From Klebsormidium nitens (lineage: Eukaryota; Plantae; Klebsormidiophyceae), in NCBI GenBank assembly GCA_000708835.1, contig DF237335.1, positions 1 to 64,000 of the forward strand: a stretch of 64,000 nt of DNA. Reading direction: 5' to 3'. The translations under genes were made by a program, and so were the position numbers. Below, in pieces: positions 52,961 through 64,000 of the stretch; position 1 is the first letter of the stretch, and the number at the start of each line of letters is the position of its first letter. A model generated the notes under the pieces. It made no database searches and was not told the DNA's origin. It worked only from the letters and a program-made list of their open reading frames with translations.

Positions 52961-54946
52961 TTATCGCGTCGAGGAGTGCAGATTGTCTCATCGGGTCTGT
53001 TCATACCTTTCCTTTTCACTTAGAACGTGAACATGTTCTCCTCTGACACCACGGCGACCCAGAAAGGATTAGGCATTGAGCCCCGCTATTCATGCAGCTC
53101 GGGATAAATATATCGCCCTTTCCCCGTCGACGACTGTCCCTTCAGCTACTCCTTTTTTGATCTGCATCGGGATTGGCGCCGATGTTCATATATGCGGCGG
53201 CAGACTGGTATCTTCGAGAGCAAGCCTGGCGTACGGTCAGAAGGAATCAAGGCACTCTCTTGCATACGGCATGCCGATCTCTTGCCAAACTTTAGGTGCA
53301 AATCCTCCCTCTGCTTCAAAGCTTGCACTGGGCGCCTTTCGGTCGCAGCCTAGTTCACGCGTTTCTTCGACTAACACCGATCTTGCCCGCAAAATCGCGT
53401 CAAACAAACGGATCTTGACGTCCCCAAGTCCAGCAACGGTTTCGTGTCAGAAGCTCTGATTCAATCTGGCTTTGTTTGTATTAAAGCGCCGTTAAGTCAT
53501 CTGCTGTTTTGAGCGTTTGGGGATGCTGAAGGATTACAAGTGGCCGTAAAACGCCATTGCGCTTCTTTGTAACCCTCAACTAGCTCCGTGCATGATGATA
53601 ACAAAACAATGGCGTGCGGTGGCCGCTTGTCAAAGCTGGTTTTGCAAGACTGTGTTGTTCTTCCCTTGTGCTGGCTCGGTCAAAACGGGCTCCAAGTATC
53701 TCAGCAATGAAAGCAAGACTTTGAGGGTTCACCTCAAAGTCACAAGGCTCTTGCTCGCCTTCGGAGCTGCTCAAAATACCTGCGTGCGTATCTTGAATCC
53801 CTACAGCACAAGTTAAGCCGTCTTCCACATTGTAGATGAAATAAAAGCCGTCATCCTGTAGGACTAGCCGTGTTCCTTTGAACCCACTGAAGTCCGCTTC
53901 GCTTCGCGCAAGGTGGGTTGCAGTATTTCGCCTACATGCAAGCCGTGCCACGACAACGCGCGGCTTTCAATCTGGACAAGGACGCGCTGCTGCAATGCTT
54001 CATTTTCCGGGCAACCGGATTAGTGTGGGCGGATTTCCAGATTGTGATTTCCAAGTTGCTCAGCAGAATGGTATCACGAAAAGCGCTGCGAGCGAGGCCC
54101 TCTCAATTGACCCAACTTCCCGCAACTTCCCAGGTTCAGTCTCTCCTTAAAGAATCTGCAGTTTGTTCAGTGTTCTTAACCAATTTTCGTCGCCGTTCGG
54201 TCTTGCGGTGCTCGCTTTTCACGATCGGAGCAACGGGTCTTGGAAGGGAAATTACCCCATGCTCCCAGTCCGTGCTGGCTATCCAGGAACCCATTATATG
54301 AGATGGATTATTTTGTTTCGTCAATGTGGGGAAGCTTGAAATGGCAGGCAAAGGCGCTTTGGAAACGGAGCCAGAACGTCTGATTGGCACTGGCGAGGAA
54401 ATGACTTAATACGTGGTTCGACTTTTGAAGCAATTCAGATTCTGCTGTCTCTCAGAGCCAGTTCAAACAGAACGGGTTCCGCTGAAAGGCGCGGGAAATA
54501 CCGGTTTGGATGCTCAGAGGCCCAGAATCTTCTATGGTGCACGCGGTGCCTGATGCGGCCGTACGCGCGCGCGCTCAGCGCGCGTAGTGGCCGCGCCTCA
54601 TCTACTGAACAAAATACTCCCGCAGTACATGTTTGTAAACGCCAAGGATGTTTGGAAGATTGGGTGACTGGCAAAACAGACTGCCGCGGACAAACTTGAC
54701 CATCTGAATGCGCCGCCAGCAGTATCTTATGCAAAGATTCAAAAACGACAACTATGAGTCGAAGGACCGACGCGGTGCGGCCGCCCGCTGAATTCAGTGA
54801 TCCCAATGGGATTTTACTCAGCCCGAAGCGATCTATACGTGCTTCAATCCATCCGTAGAAATTACCAGGGTGAGTCCGGGATACAGCGGTTAAGTCAGAT
54901 ACAACGACTAGCGCTAAGTGCGTACGTAAGAGAAGGCCGCGCAACT

Positions 54947-54998
54947 ACGTGTGCGCGCACGTGAGTGGGCAAGTGCGCGCGCGCGCGCGCGTGCGTGC
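54947..54998. repeat. Alternating purine-pyrimidine (CG/TG) tract
   Basis: gtgcgcgcgcgcgcgcgcgtgcgtgc at 54973-54998, preceded by acgtgtgcgcgcacgtg. Confidence 0.8.
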
Positions 54999-56649
54999 TG
55001 CGCACTGAGAACATCCTATGTGGCTGGCGAGAACAGTGCCCAAGCGATTAATAGCCATCTGAACCATCAAGCACACTCTGTATCTCGTGCGTCGGAAAGC
55101 ATCCTGGCTTACACAAGCCGAGAATAGCCGTTTCCCTTCTCAATCAGCTTGAACGTCCAACATAATTACGGCATCTGCTGATAAATTGTTTTAGAAAGTC
55201 GCGATTATACCTTTACGTCAGCGTGACTGAAATTAATCGGACATGCGGAAGATTCGAAGGCGCTTCTTGTTTATCACCGGCGTCCGCTGTTGGCGCGGCA
55301 GTGATGGGAGACGGCAATTGGTCGCCAAAGTCCGGGAGAAATCCTGTCCTGATGCCACGTGTCACGAACAGTGCGCTCGAAGATGCCAGCGTTCTGTACG
55401 ACGTAGCGGGACGTAAAGCAGTTGAATACTGAGATTACAACAGCCAGCTCTATGCAGTTCTTCTTCAGGGACGTGCTACTAACACCCTTGGTTACAACGT
55501 CCTGTTGCTGATTAATTTCGCACCCTGATTCAAAACACGATGTCGGTTTCCTCGGGCTTTTGTGTGCGTGCACGCTACCTAGCAAACCCAACTCATCCTC
55601 TGTGACGTCTTCCATCAGCTTGCGGTCCAGTTTTACCTTTTTCCCATGAACTGGGAAGAGCTGTGCGCTTCAAGTGCCAAGCTTTTATCACACCAGATTA
55701 TATTCGAGCGCTGGCACTCACTTATGCAAAGTCTATAGTGTTCACGAAGTCTGAGCTAGCGCACAGCTGGTCAATAATTGCATCTATATGAAATCAAATA
55801 GATTGCATATACAAGCCAATCATACCCTCTTTTCAAGAAAGTCCATCGAGCGCTCGAGGATAATGAGTGCTCCAAATTATATTGGATCGACGCTTTTTTA
55901 GTGTACGCCGAAGTTTAACTAGAGCTGTACGTGCTGGGATGCCAGCCCACGTAAGTAGGCAAACTGATCCACTTACGTATACGGGCCACCTAATAACTAG
56001 AAAAAGGACGGAAATTTTTTCTCGCTGCCTCTCGTTCCTTTGAGGTGGGCGTCGAACTTCATAACAAGTTAATAAATTTGGTCCCAGGGGCGGGTCAAAG
56101 CAAAGAGACCACTAGTGAGCCGTTACAATAAATCCAGCCGTTCAATGAGCACCGTCCTGATTGCCACTGATTCGATTACAAGATAAAAGGAGACGCCCAC
56201 TCTCACTTAAAAGGCATCAGGCCTTGTGCGCGCGCGGATGTTGGCAATGAAGGGCCCAACTCGTTGCTGACAAAGACTTCAAGGCCAAGAGTCCGTGTAC
56301 GTAGGTAATGGGCTCATCCGCTTTATTTTTGACAAGAATGACACGTCACGTTTTGCTGGCCTTCTTGAAGGCCACAGATGTCAGACGATGCCACGTGACT
56401 CCCTAGAGTCATCAAAACGAAATTGTACGGGGGTGCCCGTCATTGCTTCGATTACCTTGATCAAGCTGACTTTACTAGCGCGACAGCTGCCGTCACACGT
56501 CGAGCGCTTTTTGACTCGCAGCGGCGAGGCGTTTGAAGTCTAGGGACTTTCCGTGAGGCACTTTGAACAGCGGATTCAGAAATTCAGCGAGAGGACTTAG
56601 TGCGAGATCGACACACTCAAACCAGCTGGTGTGGCCAGCTGTGTTCGCG

Positions 56650-57230
56650 AATATGTACGCTTACCATTGTGCGGGCGTGTAAATGTACTGCACCATTATT
56701 GGACGTGCGCCCTGACAGGTTCGCGGTCAAACGAAAGCAAGAAACCATAGTCATGCTCCCGCAAAAAATGCTGGTCGACTTGTCTTGAACGGTCCTGCTG
56801 CGTTCAATCGCGTTGCAGACAGGAACCAACCAAGCGTCAGCGATTCGGACGCCTTTTGGTTCGAACCCCGTCCGGACGGCTGGCATCAAATATAGAATGA
56901 AAGCCCACTTTGGATTCCGGACGCTAAGCCAGACATTTCTTTTGCTTTCGGACGAGGTCGCGACCGAGACTCCCGCCTCTGGGAAATTATTTATCGCCCC
57001 CGTGGTTGAATACGGAGTACGGTTCATATTTCTAGTCATCCGTCAATTCGGACGCTATCCGCCAACACTGTCTTGCGTCCGACTGACGGCACATTCGATC
57101 AATCCTGGAGACCGGACCGAGGTTGGCCAGAGACCCGCACGCGCGCGGCCGCTTCGTGGGCCACCCGAACGCGCGCGCGCGCGCTTCGTAGGCAGGGGAC
57201 GCGTGCTCGGCGGCCTCAGCCATTGAATGT
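56650..57230 (+). repeat. Copy 1 of a diverged ~600-bp direct duplication
   Basis: Aligns by eye with 59900-60500 (gctggtcgac, gcgtcagcgatt, cggacgcta, gtcgcgaccga, gttgaatacggag, gagacccgc.cgcgcgcggc.gcttcgtgggccacc). Confidence 0.8.
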
Positions 57231-59067
57231 GGCAGAAATGTGTAAAAAGAACTAGAATGAGCTGGCAATGATGAGGTCCAAAGCCTGGGGCACGGAGGGC
57301 CGCCTCAGGGCACCCTCGCCATTGTGCTGCTGACGCCATCACCCCGCCACCACCGGCATTTCTCCATGCAACTTTGCCTGATCTCTTGTTTTGTAGAATT
57401 GACACCTTGTTAAGGAATTCCTGGAGAGAACGTGGCTTCTAATCAGTCGACCTTACGGACATCAATGAAAGGACACCTTTTGTTGACGCGAGGTCTCTCA
57501 GACGGCTATGATCGTATGAATCGAGTTAAGGATCAGTCTTTGGTCCCTTCCGCCTCGCCTAATCAGGTGGATCGGCCCTAGAAAGGCGGTGATGTACAGC
57601 AAAGCTGGGGCGTCTCCCCATGACAAAGTCTGTGCGAAAATACTGACGCCAGGGCCTTTCGGGACCGAAGATCAAATTTGCAACTCTATATTTGCCTGTT
57701 CAAACTTGCTGCGGATAAGATGAACTTTCCCAGTGCGTCATTAGCAAAGGCGCTTCGGAAAGTGACGCAGAGCGTTGGTACTGGCAAGGAGATCCATTCG
57801 ACGCGTGGTTCGTTTTGTAGAGCCACGCGAACTCAGCTTCTGGCTACTCAGAGCCAGCTCAGATAGACCGGCTTCCGCTAAAAGACAGCTGGAGAGACCC
57901 GCTGTTCTGAGGGACCGGAAGGCCTATAGGATACACGCGGCGCCTGACGCGGCCGCGAGCGCGCACGCGCGCGAGGCCGTCTCACCGAGGAGGCCAAAAC
58001 ACTCCTTCACATTCCTATCAGAGTCCATAAACGCTGTTCTGTTTGGGGCACCGCGCGCCAGTACCGACGTCCGCTTGGATGCCTGCAGCTGACGTGATCG
58101 GATCGGCACGGATGCCCACTGACGTCAGCCCGGCCGACGCGCGCACAGCGTTGCTTTCTTACTTAGGGGCCAACTTGAAGAAAAGCAAGCGGGAGGTCTT
58201 CCCGTAACGTCAATACGATTGTGACATTGATGGTATCGGGCGCGCTCTTTGTTATCTCAGACGTTTGAGTGTCTTCACTTCCGGCGCGGGTAGCAACTAG
58301 CATATAAGAGGGTGACGTAGATATGTCCGCATCGATCGAGGTACTCTTTGCTTCGCAGAGAGAGGTTGGAGAGCGCAACGATCCTTGCGTTGCGAGAAAA
58401 CCGCCCTCGCCTTACCATTTGCAGAATCGGCTAGTCCCCTAACAGCTTTGATGCAGTTGTGCCCGGCGGTATTGTCTTTGAACTGGCGAGGCACGAAGCT
58501 TCGAACACTGGCCGCTAATTTTGCACCTGGGCGGCTTTAATCAAGTTGGCTTAGACCCCTCGTAACACCATTCCTTCAGGACGGATTTGGGAATTCGACC
58601 TGTATGACGTGTCGGCGATGAGGAATTACGGCATGGAGCCCCCGCAGACTGAGGGTACTTCATCAGATTCTCGTGTACGTTTTCTCGATGCCAGAACACG
58701 GAAGCTGTCACTATTATGTCAATTGTGCCCGTTCCGCTTCGCGTTCCATTTCTGAACGGGACTGCGGTGCAATTCAGAATAGAAAGAGAACATTGATAGC
58801 TTGCAGCGTTGGACCGCCGATTAGAGGGCTACGAGAAATCAAATGCACTTGGCGTCCTGTTCGGACAGGTTGAACTTGATCAGCGAGTCTCATTTTGACC
58901 CAATATCTCTGGAACTTAAGTAACCGCTTTGAAGACGATGATAGCCCCGATCCTGCCTTGACGCCTGTTCATTTGGCAGCAGTAACATTCATTACGTTAA
59001 CTGACGCCGACAAGACCGCGGCACAAGCTGCGGTGCTAACCATTGCAAGGAGGCAGATAGATCTACC

Positions 59068-59170
59068 TCTCGCCCCTTTACCTCGCACCTTAACCTCGCC
59101 CCTTAACCTCGCACCTTAATCTCGCCCCTTAAACTCGCCCCTTAACCTCGCCCCTTAACCTCGCACCCAA
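59068..59170 (+). repeat. 13-bp minisatellite, 8 units of CCTCGC(C/A)CCTTAA
   Basis: Units start at 59068, 59081, 59094, 59107, 59120, 59133, 59146 and 59159. Confidence 0.95.
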
Positions 59171-59899
59171 GCTGTCGTTTTCGACGGAGGAGTCGATAGC
59201 TCCCGCGAAGGCGGAGAGTTTGGTATCATATCTTCGAATTCCGCAACTCCGCACCAAATGACCTACAGACTGGCCGTGCAACATCTTGGTGCGAGTTTAA
59301 GGTGCCCGGGCCTACTATGCTCGCTGGCTTTGGGTCTTTTCAATTGGGCTTCGAATCGCATTTGGTCCCAAGAGGCGCGAAGACGCCACTTGTGGGCCGC
59401 TTGATAGATCCAGCTCAGCCGCAAACATCGCGCGCCCCAATTGCCAGAAGCTATTTCGGAAGCAGACGCCAACTCTTCTTTGGCGAAGCAACGAGACACT
59501 ACGCGCGCTTTGACGTCATTGGTCTTGGAGGGGCCGGCTCGAGCTGACGGATGCTTCTCAAGCTACGACTCAGTTCGCACTGGGCTTGTCTTCTGTCGCT
59601 TGACAAGGATGACAAGTCGCATGCTGCTGGTCTCCGTAGAGGCCGCTGCACGCGACCATGTCAACTTCTAGAGTCAACATACACGCAAGTGTGTTTGGGT
59701 CCCCTTTTGCGTCGATTACTTCTGCCAGCTCATCTGACTGCTGGCTGACGTCACAAGTCGCGGAGCGCCGTTACACCCGCATCATCCAGGCGTAATCTAC
59801 TGCATCACAGGATCTCAGGGCATGCACAGTTCTCAGGGCAGAAGACGTACGACATCTATCAGCCCACGTCGCTCTCACTTCTCCTGACGTTCTCAAACT

Positions 59900-60500
59900 T
59901 CAAGGTGTAGTCACCTTCCTGAGCGGGCATACTTGTACAGCCATTGTGATTTGTGCACACTGAAAGATTCGCGAACAAACAGATTTGCAATCTTACAAAT
60001 GCATAGATCTCTTCGTACCTCCCAAGTCAACGCTGGTCGACTGTCTCGAATGATCCCGCTGCGCTCACTTGCATCGCACAGTTAAGAAACAGAGCGTCAG
60101 CGATTTTGGTCGCCTTGTGCGCACGCTCTCGTAGGGCGGGCGACCATGTTTGAACCAGGTTCGGACGCCAGGCTTCGAAACGGCCGAGTTTCAGATTCGG
60201 ACGCTAGGTCAGACTTTACAGTCGCGACCGAAAGTCCCAACCTCTGGAAGGACTTCACTCGCCTTTCTAGTTGAATACGGAGGGCAGTTCACCTGTCTGT
60301 TCTTTCGTCGATTGGGACGCTTTCCGCCAACTCTGCTTGTGTGCGGCTCAACGATGGCACGTCGATTGACCCTGGAAGCCCTGAAAAAGTCTCATATCTT
60401 GCCCGAGACCCGCGCGCGCGCGGCTGCTTCGTGGGCCACCTTGACGAGCGTGCGGCCGTCCCGTAGATCACAGACACGCGCGCGCGGCCGCTTCGTGTGT
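59900..60500 (+). repeat. Copy 2 of the ~600-bp direct duplication
   Basis: See copy 1; same orientation, ~3.27 kb apart. Confidence 0.8.
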
Positions 60501-63340
60501 GTTTCAGATCGCTTTCGCAAAGCTGGCTGACTCCGAAATCAGCGTCCTCGAAATCAGGACGTCATGACAAGCTAAAGACGGGCGTCATGATTGTCCCGGT
60601 CCAAGTTCTTTAAACCCGAACCTGCAAGATGACGACTTGTGAAGCGGCATGTTCAGGCCGCCTACGGGGAACTTGACTGTTACTTAACGTTGGAGCCACC
60701 CGCTACAGCTTGTAGTTGAGAACCTCCTAAGTGGTGCCTCCCCGTGTGTCTTCGCTTTTGAATCTCTTACGGTGGGTTTGATTCTATGTGGGCGTAAAAC
60801 GGCCGTTCTCTTTCCTGGGCGGATTCTGTGCAACGTATTTTGGTCGTCTAAGTGCGGAGAAACCTCTTGGAGAAAACCTGATCCTGGATTCTACTTCTCG
60901 ATCGGATGTCGATCTCAGAGAAGTCTTCGCGGCATTCACTTAAAAGCATCTGGCGATGCTGACAAATGCATCGGTGGCCCTGATTGGCCATGAGGACTCG
61001 GTGCGTTCATGATCGAAGCCGAACTGCCGCGATGTGACAGACGTGAAGACACGAAGTCGACCATTTGTTTTCAATGGGCGCCAATCTTATCATCCTCCGC
61101 ACGTTACAGAGTAGCTCAGGAAAATATTGCACTTCCTGCGTTTTGAGTCTTCTGTAGCCCTAAAGGACGCCCGGCCAGGCTCGAGTGGCGGCGAAACCCT
61201 GAACTGACAACGGAGTTGCAATCTTTCTTCTTTCTTGTAGGTGTGTCGGGAATGATGATCGCGCGCTGACTGACACGTGCTGTTTTCTTCAGGCGCTGAA
61301 GCTCTTTGGGTTTCGTGCTGACGTACTCGGGCTGGTCTGACAAGATACCTAACTGCGAAGCTGCCAGTCAGGATCCTGACTAGACAGCAATATTAGAGTC
61401 TGGGGCCGCCGGCATTTCGCTTAGAAGACTCATAAGAGAGCTCGATATTCTGGAAGTCAAATACTTCGCTCATATACTCCTACAGTTCCTGCCCGACATC
61501 ACGGCCCCACAAGCTGAATGTTTCCAGAGTAATTGGAGCAATGACAAATTAAAAGCGCATAGATTGGGTCTGATAATGAGTCATCGCTCCTTCCTCGTTT
61601 GCGCTGATGCTAGCTTCCGAGTCGTTGACACAATCCGGCTGGCTCATTGTTCATTTTCTATTCTTCGAGGCGATCAAAAGCTCTTGCGGCATTGTACATA
61701 CTAATCTGTGTACAACGAGCAAAAGTAAATCAGAACGCGCGCTCCTGAGGATGCTGTAATCAGTGGTGCATTCAGCTGAGCGCTGAATATACGGACGACG
61801 GTCTTTCTTCCAATATTTGGCTCTTCGAGGCGCCACCGATTGTTGCCAGTGCCAGCAGCCACGAAAATGAGTATATCTCGTTGTTCGAGGAAAATACGTC
61901 ACGTATGCTCGCTTGAAATCACTTTTCTTTTCCAATTCTGTTATCAGCAATCAACGGCCAGGGATTGATACAATGTGTGAGCGAGTGCTCAGTAATTGTT
62001 TGCCGCGTCTGAGGCCGCTCGGATGTTGACAGGTGTGAACTTTCGGTTGAGACGGCAAACTTTTGGTCTCTGTCTGGTTCACTAGAGCTTGCCAAAACAG
62101 TAAAAGACTCTCCTTCGCCGATGCATCCTCATGCGCGGCATGATCAAATCATATGAGTACACACGTGCTGCAATGATGTACGAACAGCGTAGGCGTGCTG
62201 CACGACATGAGGTGGCATGCATTGAAAGCTAGCTCCACTGTACTGCGCAACTCGGCATCGGCGCTCGAAATTCTCCGGAAGGATTTAAGTATGAAAACGT
62301 ATACGATCAGCTTGAAGAGTGACATGCCTCTCAGGGAAGCGAGGCCAAGGCTCGCAGACCAGCACTAGCGCCTTCTGTAAGATGACCAACTTTCAGCACT
62401 TTTTCCAATACAATTGTGCCGCCGCTCATTTGCGGAATACATGCTGACTCGACTTAATCTTGATCAGCACGACCCCAGCACGACCACGACGTGTGCATGT
62501 GCGGTCGCCATCAAATCAAGGGAAGCGTTCCGGGAGCGTTCCGGCCGGCTCGTATAATCTGCACTTAAGCTTGGCCCGGGGGCGTGCTACATACGTCACA
62601 GTAAACGAAGCTGACATTTGCTGATGCAAGTATATTGACGGATTTGGCCGCCCGCCGAGCAGCGTTACAGCTCCTTACAAGTAATTGAGGCTTCGGTTTG
62701 AGTTTCGTCTTCTACAGAGAAAGAGCGGCTGTCATTGCTAGCTCGTCGGGGTTACTAGCTGATTAGCGAGCCTCTGTCTGCAACGTCGGATTACTCGCCA
62801 ACAGCTAGGAATTTTCCTTTATCCAATTTCCCTGTGCAGTCGTTTAGTAATTGATTGTAACAGTCGACGTAAGCAGCGCTTGCTTCACGAATCACAAAGC
62901 TGGTGGTTCGAACTTCGAAGAGTTCAGGATGACGCAATCATTGATGCAACGGAAAAGGCGGGATTTTGCGCAATCAGAGGACCTTCAGTCAGTTTACTTC
63001 AACTCACTGCCCAGTCAAGCTCAGCCTATCACAGTGAACAGACTGAACTTCAAGGCTTGAAACAAGTTTCAGAGATTTTTCTGGATTTCCCGGACCTGAC
63101 AATTCCTGTGAGCTTGGAGACACTGTAACCAACTGATCGTTGGCATAAAAGCCGCCAACCGCAGCGCGCCACGTGTCCCCCCGGCCGAAAAACCTGCCCG
63201 CATGGCAGAATCGGCCAGGCTGCCTGGGCTCGGTTAGAGACTTTTGGGTCAGCGCCTGGCTTTCGAAACCCGACCTTTAATCGGAAAAGCATCACCAGTC
63301 CTGACTCAGCTGTGTCGGAACATCCAGGCCCGGGAAGTCG

Positions 63341-63575
63341 GAGCTCGCTCAGACGCCTGAGGCTGCGGCCTGGGTCAGGCTCCCTCCCTCACGCCTCGCT
63401 GGTCTGGAACCGGCACTTCGGAATCGCAACAATTTGCCACTTCGGAGCTCGCTCAAGACGCCTGAGTCAGGCTCCCTCTTCAAAGAGCCTCGGCCCAGAA
63501 CCGGCAGTTCGGGATCGCTCAACCGGGACAGTCTAAAATGGAGCTTGCTGAGACGTCTGAGTCTGACTCAGGCCT
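63341..63575 (+). repeat. ~100-bp diverged tandem units (two plus a partial third)
   Basis: tcggagctcgctc(a)agacgcctgag...gtcaggctccctc...gaaccggca.ttcgg.atcgc at 63341 and 63443; partial unit near 63540. Confidence 0.8.
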
Positions 63576-64000
63576 CCCATTGCAAGGGAGTTGGAGAGAA
63601 TCTGTACCTATAAAGAGAGGTCCTGCCCCCTCATACATTCATTCCTTTAGCACTCTTTCCCAGCGTCTCAGGAAAGTTCCAAAGCACGCGTGCCACTCAG
63701 ATTTCAGCGACCTACAAGCATCCTTTTCTCAGAGACAACATGCCCGCCATGTTCTGCAGCGCCTTTCTTAGCAAATCACGTACCACTAGCTTACTTTGAA
63801 TTGTAGAAGGCCTGATTTGCCGTGGATCAGCTGCCACTGTGAGTGCGAGGTACCAGCGGGCTAAGCTGGTCAAGTGGTGGAGGGCAGCTCCAATCCCGCT
63901 TAGCATCTGTGCGCAGCTGCCAAGCGCATAGTGCAATGTGTTGTGCTCGAGTTGCTGGCAGTGTGGTCCGAGTTATGAGCTTCTGAACGTACGCTCTTGT

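Noticed and set aside
53580-55620. ORFs of 110-170 aa (53580-53951, 54435-54944, 55274-55615) as an additional gene
   Set aside because: No recognisable domain and no convincing multi-exon model could be built.

Overview
Eukaryotic, intron-rich nuclear DNA of a streptophyte. Gene content and GC-rich exons suggest a Klebsormidium-like charophyte alga, but this is inference. Four spliced genes could be rebuilt by hand with consistent intron phases: (1) an expansin-like secreted protein (+, 2824-5483) with a Cys-rich N-terminal module and Pro/Thr repeats but no C-terminal CBM63 domain; (2) the phytocalpain DEK1 (-, 31621-7518, 22 coding exons, ~2344 aa, intact Cys/His/Asn triad, one GC-AG intron); (3) a DUF1118/RIQ-like thylakoid protein (-, 38263-34092); (4) NTRC (+, 38894-44994), head-to-head with the RIQ-like gene. 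A 749-bp TTAA-flanked foldback element (Kolobok-type ends) lies ~1 kb upstream of DEK1. From ~45 to 64 kb no intact gene was recognisable, only decayed repeats, local duplications and minisatellites. The most striking feature is that DEK1 introns hold about 40 diverged 'echo' copies of the adjacent exon ends, mostly with the splice dinucleotide retained. Some echoes differ from the real exon almost only at synonymous positions (12 synonymous vs 1 non-synonymous codon in the best case), and two would give in-frame, stop-free alternative isoforms in the membrane domain. All alignments and counts were made by eye.
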